DNA from: an uncultured Verrucomicrobiae bacterium
GTDB taxonomy: Bacteria; Verrucomicrobiota; Verrucomicrobiia; Chthoniobacterales; UBA10450
Direction of reading: 5' to 3'
Length of the DNA: 64,000 bases
NCBI GenBank assembly: GCA_963815455.1
Contig: CAWFGO010000001.1
Location: 1,600,001-1,664,000 of the forward strand
Shown here: one piece after another, positions 19,482 through 30,532 of the stretch
How positions within the stretch are numbered: position 1 is the stretch's first letter
How the letters are laid out: each line of letters begins with the position of its first letter
Notes under the pieces: model-generated
The model's database searches: none
What the model saw: the letters and a program-made list of their open reading frames with translations, nothing else
What the model was told of the DNA's origin: nothing
Made by a program: the position numbers and the translations under genes

Positions 19482-20564
19482 ATGGACTTTACTTCACTCA
19501 TCGAACGCAGACGGGAGCGCTTCCAGCAACTGGAAGGCGAGATCGCCGATCCGGGGCTTTTTTCGAATCGCAAACGGGCCGGCGAGCTTATGCGCGAGCA
19601 TTCCGGCATCAAGCAGGTGCTGGCCAAGTGGGACGAACTGGAAGCAGCGCGGAAACAACTGGACGACAATCGCGAACTGGCTACATCGCGCGACGTCGAG
19701 ATCGCAGCCATGGCCGATGACGAAATTCCGGATTTGGAAAAACGAGTGGCCGATCTGGAGCGAGAAATTCAAATCGGGTTGCTGCCTCCGGATGAAAATG
19801 ATGATCGGGACGCAATCGTGGAGATTCGGGCCGGCACCGGCGGAAACGAGGCGGCAATTTTCGCGGCCGACCTTTCCCGGATGTACCATCGCTACGCGGA
19901 GTCCGCCGGATTCAAGATCGAAGATTTGGAATCGAGTTCATCCGAGCTCGGAGGATTGAAGGACGTAATTTTCCAAGTCTCCGGCGAGTCGGTTTTCCGC
20001 AAGCTGCGTTACGAGAGCGGCGTCCATCGAGTGCAACGTGTGCCGGCAACGGAGGCGCAAGGCCGGATTCATACTTCAACGGCGACCGTTGCCGTTTTGC
20101 CGGAGGCCGAAGAAGTCGACCTCGAATTGAAGCCGGAAGATTTGCGGATTGAAGTTTGCCGGGCCGGCGGTCCAGGCGGCCAGGGCGTCAACACGACCGA
20201 CTCCGCCGTGCAGGTTTTGCATATTCCGACCGGACGGATCGTGCGTTGCCAGGACGGGCGCAGTCAGCAGAAAAACAAGGAGAAGGCGCTGAAGATCATG
20301 CGCGCGCGTTTGCTCGAGGAAAAACAGCGCGAGGAAGAAGCGAAGTATTCGGCCGCGCGCAAAAGCCAGATCGGTTCCGGTGGGCGCGAAGAAAAAATTC
20401 GCACCTACAATTTTCCCCAGAACCGCATCACCGACCACCGCATTGGGTTGACGCTCTATAATCTGGACCGCGTCATGGAAGGAGACATCGGCGAGATGAT
20501 CCAATCGCTCCAAGCAGCCGACCTTGCCGAACGATTGAAGGAATCGGCCATGCCGGCAAGTTAA
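19482..20564 (+). CDS. prfA: peptide chain release factor 1
   Basis: EIRAGTGGNEA, YESGVHRVQRVPATE (PAT), GGPGGQ, IRTYNFPQNR. Confidence 0.97.
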   Translation: MDFTSLIERRRERFQQLEGEIADPGLFSNRKRAGELMREHSGIKQVLAKWDELEAARKQLDDNRELATSRDVEIAAMADDEIPDLEKRVADLEREIQIGLLPPDENDDRDAIVEIRAGTGGNEAAIFAADLSRMYHRYAESAGFKIEDLESSSSELGGLKDVIFQVSGESVFRKLRYESGVHRVQRVPATEAQGRIHTSTATVAVLPEAEEVDLELKPEDLRIEVCRAGGPGGQGVNTTDSAVQVLHIPTGRIVRCQDGRSQQKNKEKALKIMRARLLEEKQREEEAKYSAARKSQIGSGGREEKIRTYNFPQNRITDHRIGLTLYNLDRVMEGDIGEMIQSLQAADLAERLKESAMPAS

Positions 20565-20630
20565 CGACCGGCAACGTTTTCGAAAATTCAGGATTGCAGC
20601 AGGCGGCCTGAGCCGCTACAAAGGTTCCCC

Positions 20631-21245
20631 ATGGACCCGCAGTCGTTAGTCATCGTTTTACGAATGGCCGAGCGGATTCTCGGCGTTCTTATCGGCGGAG
20701 TGCTGATCTACTTTGGTTATCGCCTTTTCCTTAGCCTGTCCAGCAAGCGAGGGCGCGAGGGCGGCAGTGGCGACTTTTCTTTTGCTGGAGGAAACAAAAT
20801 CAAGTTGAGCAAGGTGGGTCCGGGCGTTTTCTTTGCCCTCTTCGGTGCGGCTCTGATTGTTTTTTCCATCGCTCGCCCGGTCAAGTTCAATGCTTCCGGT
20901 CCGCCTGCGGGCAAGGCGGCGGCCGGGGGCGAATCCAAACCGCTCGCCGCCACCACGATGACGTTCATGGGCGCGACTTCGTTGCCGGAAAACGAACAGG
21001 AACGCATCCAACGTCGCGCCGAGATGCGTGAACAGATCGCCGTTCTGAACCGTGCGGTCGAACAGGCGAACCCAGCTGATCGACCGCAGCTCGAGGCCGC
21101 GGTGGCGCAGGCGAAGCTGGCTTTGATGGAGCGGTTGTGGACGGACGACTGGGGCGATCTGGCGGATTTCCGCGCGTGGCTCGAGAAGGGTGGCGCACCG
21201 CCCGCCGCAACGCAGCCGGCCGTTGAGATTTTTCAACGAAAGTAG
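20631..21245 (+). CDS. hypothetical two-TM membrane protein
   Basis: Two hydrophobic helices (..LIYFGYRLF; GPGVFFALFGAALIV) followed by a soluble helical C-terminus. Confidence 0.7.
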   Translation: MDPQSLVIVLRMAERILGVLIGGVLIYFGYRLFLSLSSKRGREGGSGDFSFAGGNKIKLSKVGPGVFFALFGAALIVFSIARPVKFNASGPPAGKAAAGGESKPLAATTMTFMGATSLPENEQERIQRRAEMREQIAVLNRAVEQANPADRPQLEAAVAQAKLALMERLWTDDWGDLADFRAWLEKGGAPPAATQPAVEIFQRK

Positions 21246-21251
21246 GTCCTC

Positions 21252-22576
21252 GTGCGACACGGGTTGTGTCTGATCCTGGCTCTTCTCGGCTGGTCGCAGG
21301 CGAGCGGGCAGGGCGTTTCGAGTCTTTACCCGAAAGCGAAACTCGACGCGGACGCCGCCCGTTACGGCGAACAGATTCGCGCCGAATATCGGGAAACAAT
21401 TCTCCCACAGTTAACCGAGGCCGAGCGCGCCGCGCTGAGCGAAGTGAAGATCGAAGTGCCGGCTGTCGGCCGGAGAGGGGATCCCTTTGAGTTCTATCGT
21501 TCCGAGAACACGGTTTATCTGCCCGCCCTGTCTCTTCGATTTTTTGCCGATCTTTGCCTGGCTAATGCCTGGCTAAATGCGCACGGTTATGACGGCACCA
21601 CGGTGCGCGATTACGTCGGCCTGTTTTTTCGCGAAGCGACGGTCTCGCCCAGCGCGCCGCTTCATCCGATCTTCGAATCGCTTGGCATCCCCGCAAACGC
21701 GCGCGACGAAACGGCCGTCTCCAATCGGGTGGATCGCAATTTCGGCAACACCGTCGTTTTCCTTCTCGCGCACGAGCTTGGACACGTCCTTAAGAAACAT
21801 CGCAACGATGCCGGCGATCCGGCATTGCAGCGAAAACAGGAAATCGAGGCCGATCAATTCGCAATCGATGTCATGCGGCGCATCGGCCAGATCCCGCTCG
21901 GCCTTGAGTTTTGGTTCGACCTTGAACGAATCCGTTATCAAGCGCCGCGGGAAATTCCGAGTGATTCGGAATGGCAGAAGTACCTTTCCGGCCTCGATCA
22001 TCCGGTCACGACCGAACGCCTGAACGCTCTCGCCGATGCGATTGAGAAAGCCCCCGATTCATTCGCGCGCAATCAAACCAATCAGGCGCTCTGGACCGCG
22101 CGCTCGGGGATGTTCGCACAGTACTTTCGCCAAGCCGCGCCTTTTGCCGGGAACTCGGTCGCGCGCGTGGCGGAGTATCCCGCGTGCGCGATTTGCGCTG
22201 GGGCTCTATCAAACCGCGCAAAGCCGCCTTTGCCGTCCCGAGAGGCGACGGGACGGACGAGGAATTCCAGGGTCTTTTCCGTGTCCAGCGTACGTTCGCA
22301 AGCGGCAAGCCCGGGGATGAATTCGATCTCCTCCTTTTGCGCAGTGGCGACGAAGCCGTGGGCCATTATTCGGGCGCGAATGTGGAGGGTTCGGTCGAAG
22401 GAAAAATTTCCGAAGGCGTACTACGCTTTAAGTGGAGCGAAGGAACCGTTCAAGGCCGCGGCAAAGTTGAAAGCCGGGGCGGGACGCTCCGCGGCACATG
22501 GGGAACGGGTGAAGCCGAGAAGGGCGCGGGCGAATTCAGCGCTATGCGGCAAAAGCGAGAGGACACCGCGCGGTAG
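21252..22576 (+). CDS. secreted HEXXH zinc metallopeptidase (M48/Lit-like) with C-terminal beta domain; frameshift near 22178
   Basis: Signal peptide, LLAHELGHVL, QEIEADQFA, DHP. A protein-like continuation (RVRDLRW..LRGTWG) lies in the 22184..22576 frame. Confidence 0.7.
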
Positions 22577-22655
22577 GTTTTCGTCAATTCGATTAGCCGC
22601 CTGTCAGTTCGATTGAACAGGAGAAATCCTTGTCGTTTTGAGTTAACTAAGACTC

Positions 22656-23493
22656 ATGACCGTGCTGGAAGTGCTGCAATCGACGGCCACGTACTTTAAG
22701 AAGCGCAACATCGACAATCCGCGACTGAATGCGGAGCACTTGCTGGCCCACGCATTGGGCCGCACTCGCATGGAGCTTTATCTCGAATTCGAGCGAGTGC
22801 TTGCCGAGACCGAGCTCGCGCCGTTGCGGGAACTTGTTCGACGCCGGGGCGAAGGCGAGCCGCTTCAGCATTTGCTCGGCACGGTGGAATTTTGCGGGGA
22901 GATTTTCCTTTGCGATAAACGCGCACTGGTTCCGCGGCCGGAAACGGAGCAATTGGTCGAGACGCTGCAATCGAAGATCGAAAATCCGAAATCGAAAATT
23001 CTCGATGTTGGCACGGGGTCGGGCGTGATCGCGCTGAGTTTGGCAAAGAAATTTCCCGACGCGCAGGTTTTCGCTGTCGATGTTTCGGAAGATGCCCTCG
23101 CCCTGGCCCGAGAAAACGCGGCCCGACTCGGGCTTTAGCGAGCGCATTCAGATCAAGAAAAACGATCTGCTGGCAAATTTGGATGAAAGATTCGATGTCA
23201 TTGTTGCGAATCTTCCTTATATCGCCATGCAAGATCGACAATCACTTTCCCGGGAAGTCCTGCGCGATCCGGAGATCGCGCTCTTTGGCGGACTGCGCGG
23301 CGACGAATTGCTGCGACGACTGATCGAACAGGCTCCCGAACATCTGAAGCCCGGCGGGCTGCTCGCACTGGAAATCGGGCTCGGCCAGGCGGAGGCGCTG
23401 GCCGAGTTTCTCGGGCAAAAAAATTATCACGACATCGAGTCGAAAAAGGATTATTCAGGCATTACTCGTTTTCTCTTTGCCAGGTATGGATAA
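22656..23493 (+). CDS. prmC: release factor glutamine methyltransferase; frameshift near 23135
   Basis: RRGEGEPLQHLLG, LVPRPETE, LDVGTGSG in ORF 1; VANLPYI, ALFGG, LEIG in ORF 2. One extra T at ctttagc. Confidence 0.92.
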
Positions 23494-24745
23494 GATCCGG
23501 ATTCATGGTGGGCATGCGCTGAGCGGGTCGATCAAGATCAGCGGTTCGAAAAACTCTGCCCTGCCGATCCTGGCGGCGACTTTGCTTACCCGCGAGACAT
23601 GTACTCTTCGGCGCGTGGCCGACTTGAGCGACACCCATTACATGCTCCAAATCCTGTCTCATCTCGGGGCGCAAGTGGAACGGGCCAGCGGGACGGTGAG
23701 CGTGACCGCGGACAAAATTATTTCCGCCGCGCCTTACGATATCGTGCGCAAGATGCGGGCTTCGGTTTGCGTGCTGGGGCCGCTGCTGGGCCGGTGCAAA
23801 GAAGCCACGGTGTCGTTGCCGGGCGGCTGCATCATTGGCGACCGGCCGATCGATCTGCATTTGAAAGGTTTCGAAGCACTCGGCGCGGCCGTGCGCGTCG
23901 AAGGCGGCAACGTAAAAGTGTTCGCCCCGAAATTGACTGGCGCCATTATTAATCTGCGCGGCAAACTCGGGCCAACGGTCCTGGGAACGGACAACGTGAT
24001 GATGGCGGCGGTGCTGGCCGAGGGAACTACCGTGATCGAAGGCGCAGCCCAGGAACCGGAAGTCATCGATCTGGCGAATTTCCTCAACAAAATGGGCGCG
24101 AAGATCGAGGGAGTGGGAACGCGGCGCATCATCATCGAAGGCGTCCCCGAGTTGCACGGCGCGGAGCACGACATCATCCCCGACCGGATCGAGGCCGGAA
24201 CATTTCTGGTGGCGGGCGCGATTTGCGGAAAGGGGGTTACGATCAAACGGGTCGAGCCGGCGCATTTGACGGCGGTGACAGCCGCTTTGGAGAATTGCGG
24301 ATTTCCCGTGAACATTGGCGGGGACACGATCACGATTTCGCCTAACGGAACAGCGCGGCCGCTCGAAATAGTTACCGAGCCTTACCCGGGATTCCCGACC
24401 GATATGCAGGCACAGATGTGCGCGTTGCTTTCAACGACGAACGGGACCAGCCTGATCACGGAAAATATTTTTCCGCAGCGTTATATGCACGTCGCGGAAT
24501 TGAAGCGCATGGGCGCGAATGTCGATCTGGAAGGGCCGAAGGCGGTGATCACTGGTGTCGAACGTCTTTTCGGCGCGCCGGTGATGGCGAGCGACTTGCG
24601 CGCATCGGCGGCCCTCGTGCTGGCCGGGTTGAAAGCGGACGGAATTACCGAAGTCAGCCGCGTGTATCATATCGACCGCGGTTACGAACATCTCGATGAA
24701 AAACTCAGCGAGCTCGGCGCACATATCGAGCGAGTGAAAGGATAA
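23486..24745 (+). CDS. murA: UDP-N-acetylglucosamine 1-carboxyvinyltransferase
   Basis: SGSKNSALP, MRAS, LPGGCIIGDRP, PGFPTDMQAQ, DLRASAAL, IDRGYE. Confidence 0.97.
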   Translation: MDKIRIHGGHALSGSIKISGSKNSALPILAATLLTRETCTLRRVADLSDTHYMLQILSHLGAQVERASGTVSVTADKIISAAPYDIVRKMRASVCVLGPLLGRCKEATVSLPGGCIIGDRPIDLHLKGFEALGAAVRVEGGNVKVFAPKLTGAIINLRGKLGPTVLGTDNVMMAAVLAEGTTVIEGAAQEPEVIDLANFLNKMGAKIEGVGTRRIIIEGVPELHGAEHDIIPDRIEAGTFLVAGAICGKGVTIKRVEPAHLTAVTAALENCGFPVNIGGDTITISPNGTARPLEIVTEPYPGFPTDMQAQMCALLSTTNGTSLITENIFPQRYMHVAELKRMGANVDLEGPKAVITGVERLFGAPVMASDLRASAALVLAGLKADGITEVSRVYHIDRGYEHLDEKLSELGAHIERVKG

Positions 24746-24748
24746 ACC

Positions 24749-25126
24749 ATGGACCAACCGCCACCACCAATACCGACTTCATCCACATCCTCCGATACGC
24801 GGACCTGGATCGTGCTTTGCCACGCCAGCGCGTTGCTCGGATTGTTTTTCCATTTTCTGGGTCACATCATTGGCCCGCTCATCGTTTGGCTGGCCAAACG
24901 AGGCGACTCGCCCGAGATCGACGCCCATGGAAAGGAATCGCTCAATTTCCAGATCTCGATGCTGATCTATGACGCGATTGCCGCGATTTTGTGCATCGTG
25001 CTGATTGGCATTCCGATTTTGATCGCGCTTTGGGTGCTGAACACGGTGCTGGTGATCGTCGCATCGGTCAAAGCGAGCGAAGGAAAATTCTATCGCTATC
25101 CGTTTACGATCCGCTTGATCAACTAA
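24749..25126 (+). CDS. DUF4870 family membrane protein
   Basis: LCHAS, GPLIVW, HGKESLNFQIS, YRYPFTIRLI. Confidence 0.88.
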   Translation: MDQPPPPIPTSSTSSDTRTWIVLCHASALLGLFFHFLGHIIGPLIVWLAKRGDSPEIDAHGKESLNFQISMLIYDAIAAILCIVLIGIPILIALWVLNTVLVIVASVKASEGKFYRYPFTIRLIN

Positions 25127-25141
25127 TCCCGAGACCGCTGC

Positions 25142-25238
25142 TGTCATCCCGAGCGAAGTCGAGGGATCCCGTTGCGCTGGCTTTAACCTAGATCCGCGGG
25201 ATTCTTCGACTCCGAAAGCGTTCGGGGCTCAGAATGAC
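25142..25238. repeat. REP-like inverted pair (TGTCATCC family)
   Basis: tgtcatcccgagcgaagtcgagggatccc ... gggattcttcgac..ctcagaatgac, with a nested ccgaaagcgttcgg mini-hairpin. Confidence 0.8.
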
Positions 25239-25243
25239 GACCC

Positions 25244-26140
25244 TCATTGGCGCGGCCTTGTTGCCAACCCGCGAAGCGTCTTCATATTCTCTACGTCTTC
25301 GCGCAGCTCTTTCCCTTTCGGCGTTTCCAATACCTTCGGAACTTTGCGGAAGCGCCGATCGCGCATGATGAACCGGAATGCGTCGAGGCCGATCTTGCCC
25401 TTGCCGATGTGTTCATGTCGATCCACGCGCGAGCCGCGGGCGGTTTTCGAGTCGTTGAGGTGAATCGCCGCGAGGCGCTCAAGGCCGATCACGCGATCGA
25501 ACTGGCGAAATGTTTTCTTAACGGCCGTCGCGTTGCCGATATCGTAGCCGGCGGCGAAAACGTGAGCGGTATCGAGACAAACACACAGGCGCTCCGGCTC
25601 GCGGACGTTGTCGATGATGTAAGCAATTTGCTCAAATGTATGGCCCAGGCATGAGCCTTGTCCGGCGGTCGTCTCCAGCGCGATGCGCGTTTTCACTTTT
25701 GGAATTTTCCGCAGCACCCTGTCGATTGAGCCAACGATCTTGTCGAGTCCAGCTTCTTCGCCCGCGCCGACGTGCGCACCCGGATGTAAAACGAGAAAGG
25801 GCAGTTCGAGCTGATTGGCTCGCGTCAATTCCTCGGATAAAGCGCGGACCGAATTCGCCAGGAACTGCGGATTGGTGGCGGCGAGGTTGATGAGATAGTT
25901 GGCGTGAGCGAAGATCGACAACAACTGGCCGCGCTGTCGATGGTTCAAGAATGCGAAAATTTCTTCGCCCGTTAGCGGGCGGGCGAACCATTGCATGTTG
26001 TTTTTCACGAACATCTGGATGGCCGTGCAGTCGATCGAGCGACCGCGCTCAATGGCCATGTGGACACCGCCCGCGATCGACATGTGGGCGCCGAGAAGAA
26101 TTTCTGATTTTGGATTGCTGATTTCTGATTGTCGCCGCAA
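25244..26140 (-). CDS. nfo: endonuclease IV
   Basis: LGAHMSIAGG, HANYLINL, LHPG, LETTAGQGS, CLDTAH, HLNDSK, DRHEHIG, LETP. Confidence 0.95.
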   Translation of the reverse strand: MRRQSEISNPKSEILLGAHMSIAGGVHMAIERGRSIDCTAIQMFVKNNMQWFARPLTGEEIFAFLNHRQRGQLLSIFAHANYLINLAATNPQFLANSVRALSEELTRANQLELPFLVLHPGAHVGAGEEAGLDKIVGSIDRVLRKIPKVKTRIALETTAGQGSCLGHTFEQIAYIIDNVREPERLCVCLDTAHVFAAGYDIGNATAVKKTFRQFDRVIGLERLAAIHLNDSKTARGSRVDRHEHIGKGKIGLDAFRFIMRDRRFRKVPKVLETPKGKELREDVENMKTLRGLATRPRQ

Positions 26141-26152
26141 TGGTGATGGACC

Positions 26153-28540
26153 TCAGAACCTTTTCGCGTGCCACTCCGGTTTTTTGAGACTGCCCTGGCC
26201 GACGTACTCGAAAAGTTTGTAAACCGGCGAGAGCAGGACCCCGGCCGCACCGTGCATGTCCATCCGCATCTCGAAGTCGAGCTTGTCATCGAGAAAATGA
26301 ACGTCGCCGCGGCCGAGCATGCTGAAGAGTTTGCCGGCCACTTCAAAATCGTCGGTGTGAATAGTTCCGTCCTTGATCGTGAAACTGGCCGAGGCTCTGC
26401 GCCCAATGCTGTAGCCGGAGCCGGGCACGATGGTGTTAAGAATTCCCGAGAGGGGACCAAAAATCGGGATGGCAAACACATCGCCGTTTGTAACCAGAAT
26501 TTTTCCGGCGCCACGCATCGTGCGCGCGTCGCCGCCCGCGCCGGTGAAATCATAAGTGCCGTTCAACTCGCCCTGCAACGTCTTGGTTTGATAATAGAGA
26601 TCGGTTAACCGCGGGAAATTTATCGATTTGACCGCGATCCTGGCCTTATAATGGGGATCGTCTTTCGCGAGCGAGATATCGGCGTTGCCGTGAACGTTGC
26701 CGCCAAAAACGCCGGCTTTAACATCGAGAAGTTGCAGCCGGTCGTTCGTGAACAGCAGTTGTCCGGTGACGCGATCGAATGGCAATGTCTTGCCCAGGAA
26801 ATCGTAATCCATTCCCTGTGGAGCATCGACACCAATCTCCAAATGCGTCTTTTTTCCGCCGGCAAATTGATAGACGCCATTAATGGTGAGATTCGGTGGA
26901 TGGCGGAACTTATAGGGCGTGACGGTTTTCCAGACTTTTGGATCGATCCAAAAAATGACATCGGCCGGGCGCAATGATGTTTTGATGTTCGAGAGCCGGA
27001 CTTCGTGGTTCTTAAAATCGTAGGTGAACGTTCCGGTGCCAGTGCCTTCGTCGCGAGTAACCCGGAAGTTATCGTAAGTAACCGCGCGGTCGCCAAAATG
27101 GATCTTTGTCGTGCCACTATTCGCCCAGACGCCGCGAAAGCGCGTCCGGTTTAGCGCGAGAGTGCCCTCGCCCCGCCAGTTGTCCGGATGTCGATCCTGA
27201 GCACGAATCTCGAGGTGAACAGTCGGCGGGCGCTGCCATTCCCACTCACCCAGAAACTCGTTCACTCCACCCGATGTCAGCGGACGCAGTGCGCCGGGAC
27301 TGATCGTGCTCTCCAGGTTCAAGCGAAAATCGTTTGGAGCATCGAAGACTTCGGCGGTGAGTAGCCCGCTTTCGTGTCGAAGCCGAATATCGCGGAGCAA
27401 CGTTCGCTCGCCGTCCCAGGAAAAATCGACGTTGAAATCGGAGAACGGCACCGATTTGTAATCGAAACGGCCTGCCGCGGCGTGGCCGATGATCTTTAGT
27501 CGCGGCCGCTCTCCCCCAAAATTCACTGTGCCGGAAATTTCGACCAGGGGCGGCGTAGGAAATTCTGCATCTTTAAGAGGCCCGGCGAGCTCGACGGCTT
27601 CGAGCAAATCTCTCAGGCCGAGATTGCTGCGTACCTGAAAATCGGCCGCGTTAGTCTGGCGGCTCCAACTGGCGCGGCCGGCTAGACTGCCCTGCGCGTC
27701 GTTCCATTCACAATGGGTGACGTTGAGATGCTGATCTGCCCACTCGGCATCGACAGCCAGGTTTCTTATCTCATATCCGCTTCGGCTGATCCGGTCGCCG
27801 CGCAGCGTTGTCTCTACCCGTGCGTTTTCGAGGTCCGCGAGGTCGCCGTTGAATTTCACCTGCAGAGAGGGAGGACCGGATTTGAAGTCGAACTTTTGCA
27901 ACTCCCCCACGAGTCGCTGCAATGTCGAGATCTGCGCCTGCCAATCTTTATCGACGCCGGGCGAAGGTTCATAGTCCTCCCGTTTGATCAATTGGCCGGT
28001 CACCGAAATCCGCACCCCGCACAGAATTCCTTCGGCCTGGCTCACGTAGATTTGTTCGGGCGGGAAATAGACATGAGCGCGAAAGTTCTTGAGCTCCGCT
28101 TTCTTGGATTTTCCATCCGGGCTCTCGAGCGGGAGAGTGATTTGAGCGTTGCGCACGTCGAGCGCGTTAAGAAACGGCTGGCGATGGAAGAACGCGGCAT
28201 AGTTAATATCGAGCGAGATCTCGCTCACGACTGCGAGCAGGGTTTCGCGGTTCTTGTAATCGAAAATGCGCACATCCTGCGCAATGAGACCACGGAACGG
28301 ATCCAGCGTGATGCGGCGCACGGAAGCTTCCACGCCGCGCCGATGAAGTTCTTCGACCACTCGGGAACGCCATTGCCGGCCGAACCCTTCTCGGGCCAGA
28401 TAATAGCCGCCGCCGATAAATGCCGAGAGAGCAAAAACCAGAGAGAAGCGCAGGATCGAAATTGCCAGACGGCGCCCGAATGGCGGATGTCGATCCTCCC
28501 TCGGTTCGGTAATTTCTTGTGGCTCGATAACGGCAGGCAT
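26153..28540 (-). CDS. AsmA-like family protein
   Basis: N-terminal TM anchor, long beta-strand-rich body, C-terminal ASFTIKDGTIHTDDF..GRGDVHF..LDF..GSLKKPEW. Confidence 0.75.
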   Translation of the reverse strand: MPAVIEPQEITEPREDRHPPFGRRLAISILRFSLVFALSAFIGGGYYLAREGFGRQWRSRVVEELHRRGVEASVRRITLDPFRGLIAQDVRIFDYKNRETLLAVVSEISLDINYAAFFHRQPFLNALDVRNAQITLPLESPDGKSKKAELKNFRAHVYFPPEQIYVSQAEGILCGVRISVTGQLIKREDYEPSPGVDKDWQAQISTLQRLVGELQKFDFKSGPPSLQVKFNGDLADLENARVETTLRGDRISRSGYEIRNLAVDAEWADQHLNVTHCEWNDAQGSLAGRASWSRQTNAADFQVRSNLGLRDLLEAVELAGPLKDAEFPTPPLVEISGTVNFGGERPRLKIIGHAAAGRFDYKSVPFSDFNVDFSWDGERTLLRDIRLRHESGLLTAEVFDAPNDFRLNLESTISPGALRPLTSGGVNEFLGEWEWQRPPTVHLEIRAQDRHPDNWRGEGTLALNRTRFRGVWANSGTTKIHFGDRAVTYDNFRVTRDEGTGTGTFTYDFKNHEVRLSNIKTSLRPADVIFWIDPKVWKTVTPYKFRHPPNLTINGVYQFAGGKKTHLEIGVDAPQGMDYDFLGKTLPFDRVTGQLLFTNDRLQLLDVKAGVFGGNVHGNADISLAKDDPHYKARIAVKSINFPRLTDLYYQTKTLQGELNGTYDFTGAGGDARTMRGAGKILVTNGDVFAIPIFGPLSGILNTIVPGSGYSIGRRASASFTIKDGTIHTDDFEVAGKLFSMLGRGDVHFLDDKLDFEMRMDMHGAAGVLLSPVYKLFEYVGQGSLKKPEWHAKRF

Positions 28541-28627
28541 GATGGAACTTGGATCGTTGAAGCGCTAGAGTATTGAAGCGTTGAAGCGGTCCGGCAATGT
28601 AACGCTTTAACCCTTCAACGCTCCAAC

Positions 28628-29062
28628 ATGATTTCGATATCCGATCTTCCTGCGATCAATGCCGCGCTCAATGCCTTGAGCACGATCTTCATTTCCGCTG
28701 GCTGGTTCTGGATCCGGCGCAACGCCTGGCAGCGTCACGTGCCGTGCATGATCGCCGCGATCGTTTGCTCGACCCTGTTCCTCGTGGGTTACATCACTTA
28801 TCACGTTCACGTCGGCGAAAAATCTTCTGGCTATACTGGATGGACTGCGGCGATTTATTTTCCGCTCTTGATTTCCCACATCCTGCTCGCCTTCGTGACC
28901 CTCCCGCTGGTAATTGTGACACTCGTCCCGGTTTTTCGGCGCCGCTGGGACCGCCACCGGCGGCTCGGCCGCTGGACAATGCCGATCTGGCTCTATGTTT
29001 CCGTGACCGGTGTGCTCGTTTACCTCATGCTCTACAAATGGTTCCCGCCGCCAGGAGTCTAG
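28628..29062 (+). CDS. DUF420 family membrane protein
   Basis: LPAINAALN, HVPCM, FLVGY, LISHILLA, HRRLGRWTMPIWLYVSVTG. Confidence 0.9.
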   Translation: MISISDLPAINAALNALSTIFISAGWFWIRRNAWQRHVPCMIAAIVCSTLFLVGYITYHVHVGEKSSGYTGWTAAIYFPLLISHILLAFVTLPLVIVTLVPVFRRRWDRHRRLGRWTMPIWLYVSVTGVLVYLMLYKWFPPPGV

Positions 29063-29164
29063 CCGATCAGTTCGCGCACGGGTTGACACCGTACTTAGCT
29101 ATCTTGCATCCTTAGGAGAATTGATGTTTGATCAGAAACTGCCAAAACGGAATGCCAACGAAAT

Positions 29165-29617
29165 ATGGTGACGATCGCAACCTTTAACGAGCCGGCTAAA
29201 GCGAAGGAGCTCAAGACGCGTCTCCAGCAAGCCGGGTTGCAGGCGGACGTGCATAACGAAGCGCCGCTCCAGCAGGTTGGCTTCATGTCCAAGCCGCAGG
29301 CGAACGCCAAGGTGCTGGTGGAAGATACTGATTTCGAGCGCGCCCAGGGTCTCATGGTCGAATGGGAAGCGACCGATCCGGTCATCGCCGAGGCCGTGAT
29401 CCGCTGTCCCCAATGCGGCTCGTCACGGATCGAATATCCGCAGATGACACGCAAATTCATGACCCCGGCGCTGGTCGGCGTGCTTTGCGCGCTCAAGATT
29501 ATCCCGAAGGAATTTTACTGCCAGGATTGCCATTACACCTGGAGCAACCAGGAGGAGCGCATTATCGGGCGACTCTGGCATCGTTTTTTCCCGGGGAGCG
29601 AACCGGGGCAGAGTTGA
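29165..29617 (+). CDS. hypothetical protein (DUF2007-like N-terminus plus zinc ribbon)
   Basis: VTIATF..A..LKTRLQQAG; CPQCGS and CQDCHYTW. Confidence 0.7.
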   Translation: MVTIATFNEPAKAKELKTRLQQAGLQADVHNEAPLQQVGFMSKPQANAKVLVEDTDFERAQGLMVEWEATDPVIAEAVIRCPQCGSSRIEYPQMTRKFMTPALVGVLCALKIIPKEFYCQDCHYTWSNQEERIIGRLWHRFFPGSEPGQS

Positions 29618-29694
29618 GCCGGGGCAACCAATCGCTTGCCCCGGCCATAGTCGCGGCTGAAATTCAGGCCCGGCATGATCGATAAATTGCATCC

Positions 29695-30528
29695 ATGAAG
29701 TGGCTTTTTGTACTGTTGCTTGCGGCGTTCATCTTTGGCGCGGCCTGGTTTGGCTACAACCTCGTCTTCAAAGAGGACATCCAGGTGCGCAAAGAGCAGC
29801 GTGGCGAAATCACGCCCTCCGCCACGCCCGATATCAGCCTGCCGGAGTTTGAGGCCGCGGCGAAACTGCGCCAGGAAGGAAAACTCGTCGAAGCGCGCAA
29901 CGCCCTCACGTTACTGATTCAAAAATATCCCAACGGATTGCATGTCGAGGAAGCCAAGGACCTGCTGGGCGAAGCCAATGTCGACATCCTGCTTTCGACT
30001 CATCCCTCGCCCGAGAAAGAAGAGTACATCGTCAAGCCGGGCGACGTTTTGGCCAAAGTGGGACGCAGAATGAAATCGACGCCCGAACTGATCATGCGCA
30101 TGAACAATTTGAGCGGCACGATGCTGCGAATTGGCCAGAAGCTCCTGATTTCGCACCCCAATTTTTCGATAATCATTCAACGCAAAGCCAAAGTGATCGT
30201 GTTGCTGAACAACGGAGCGTTCTTCAAGCAATACCATGTTCGGGAAGAGAAGTTGCCGGCCAAAGCGACTCCAAAAATTATCACGAGAGTTTCCGAAACG
30301 CTGGCTTGGAAGGACGGCAAGCGCGTCGGGTTCGGCACCAAAGAGTACGCCGAGAGCACGCGCTGGATCCGTTTAGCCAATTCGGCCTACACAATTTATT
30401 CCGTGCCCGATGGGGCCCATTCGACTGTTGAGGAGCCGCCTTCGCAAGGGCTGGGCCTGGATGCTTCCGACGTGGAAGAACTGAGCAGTCTTGTAAACAA
30501 CAAGACGCCTGTCACCATTATCGACTGA
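29695..30528 (+). CDS. LysM domain protein
   Basis: N-terminal TM, TPR-like helices, YIVKPGDVLAKV..LIMRMNNL..LRIGQKL; C-terminus resembles a YkuD fold without an evident catalytic Cys. Confidence 0.8.
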   Translation: MKWLFVLLLAAFIFGAAWFGYNLVFKEDIQVRKEQRGEITPSATPDISLPEFEAAAKLRQEGKLVEARNALTLLIQKYPNGLHVEEAKDLLGEANVDILLSTHPSPEKEEYIVKPGDVLAKVGRRMKSTPELIMRMNNLSGTMLRIGQKLLISHPNFSIIIQRKAKVIVLLNNGAFFKQYHVREEKLPAKATPKIITRVSETLAWKDGKRVGFGTKEYAESTRWIRLANSAYTIYSVPDGAHSTVEEPPSQGLGLDASDVEELSSLVNNKTPVTIID

Positions 30529-30532
30529 AAAA

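Noticed and set aside
23125..23145. Programmed frameshift or true pseudogenes in prmC and accA
   Set aside because: No clear slippery site or stimulatory element, and similar small indels recur across unrelated genes.
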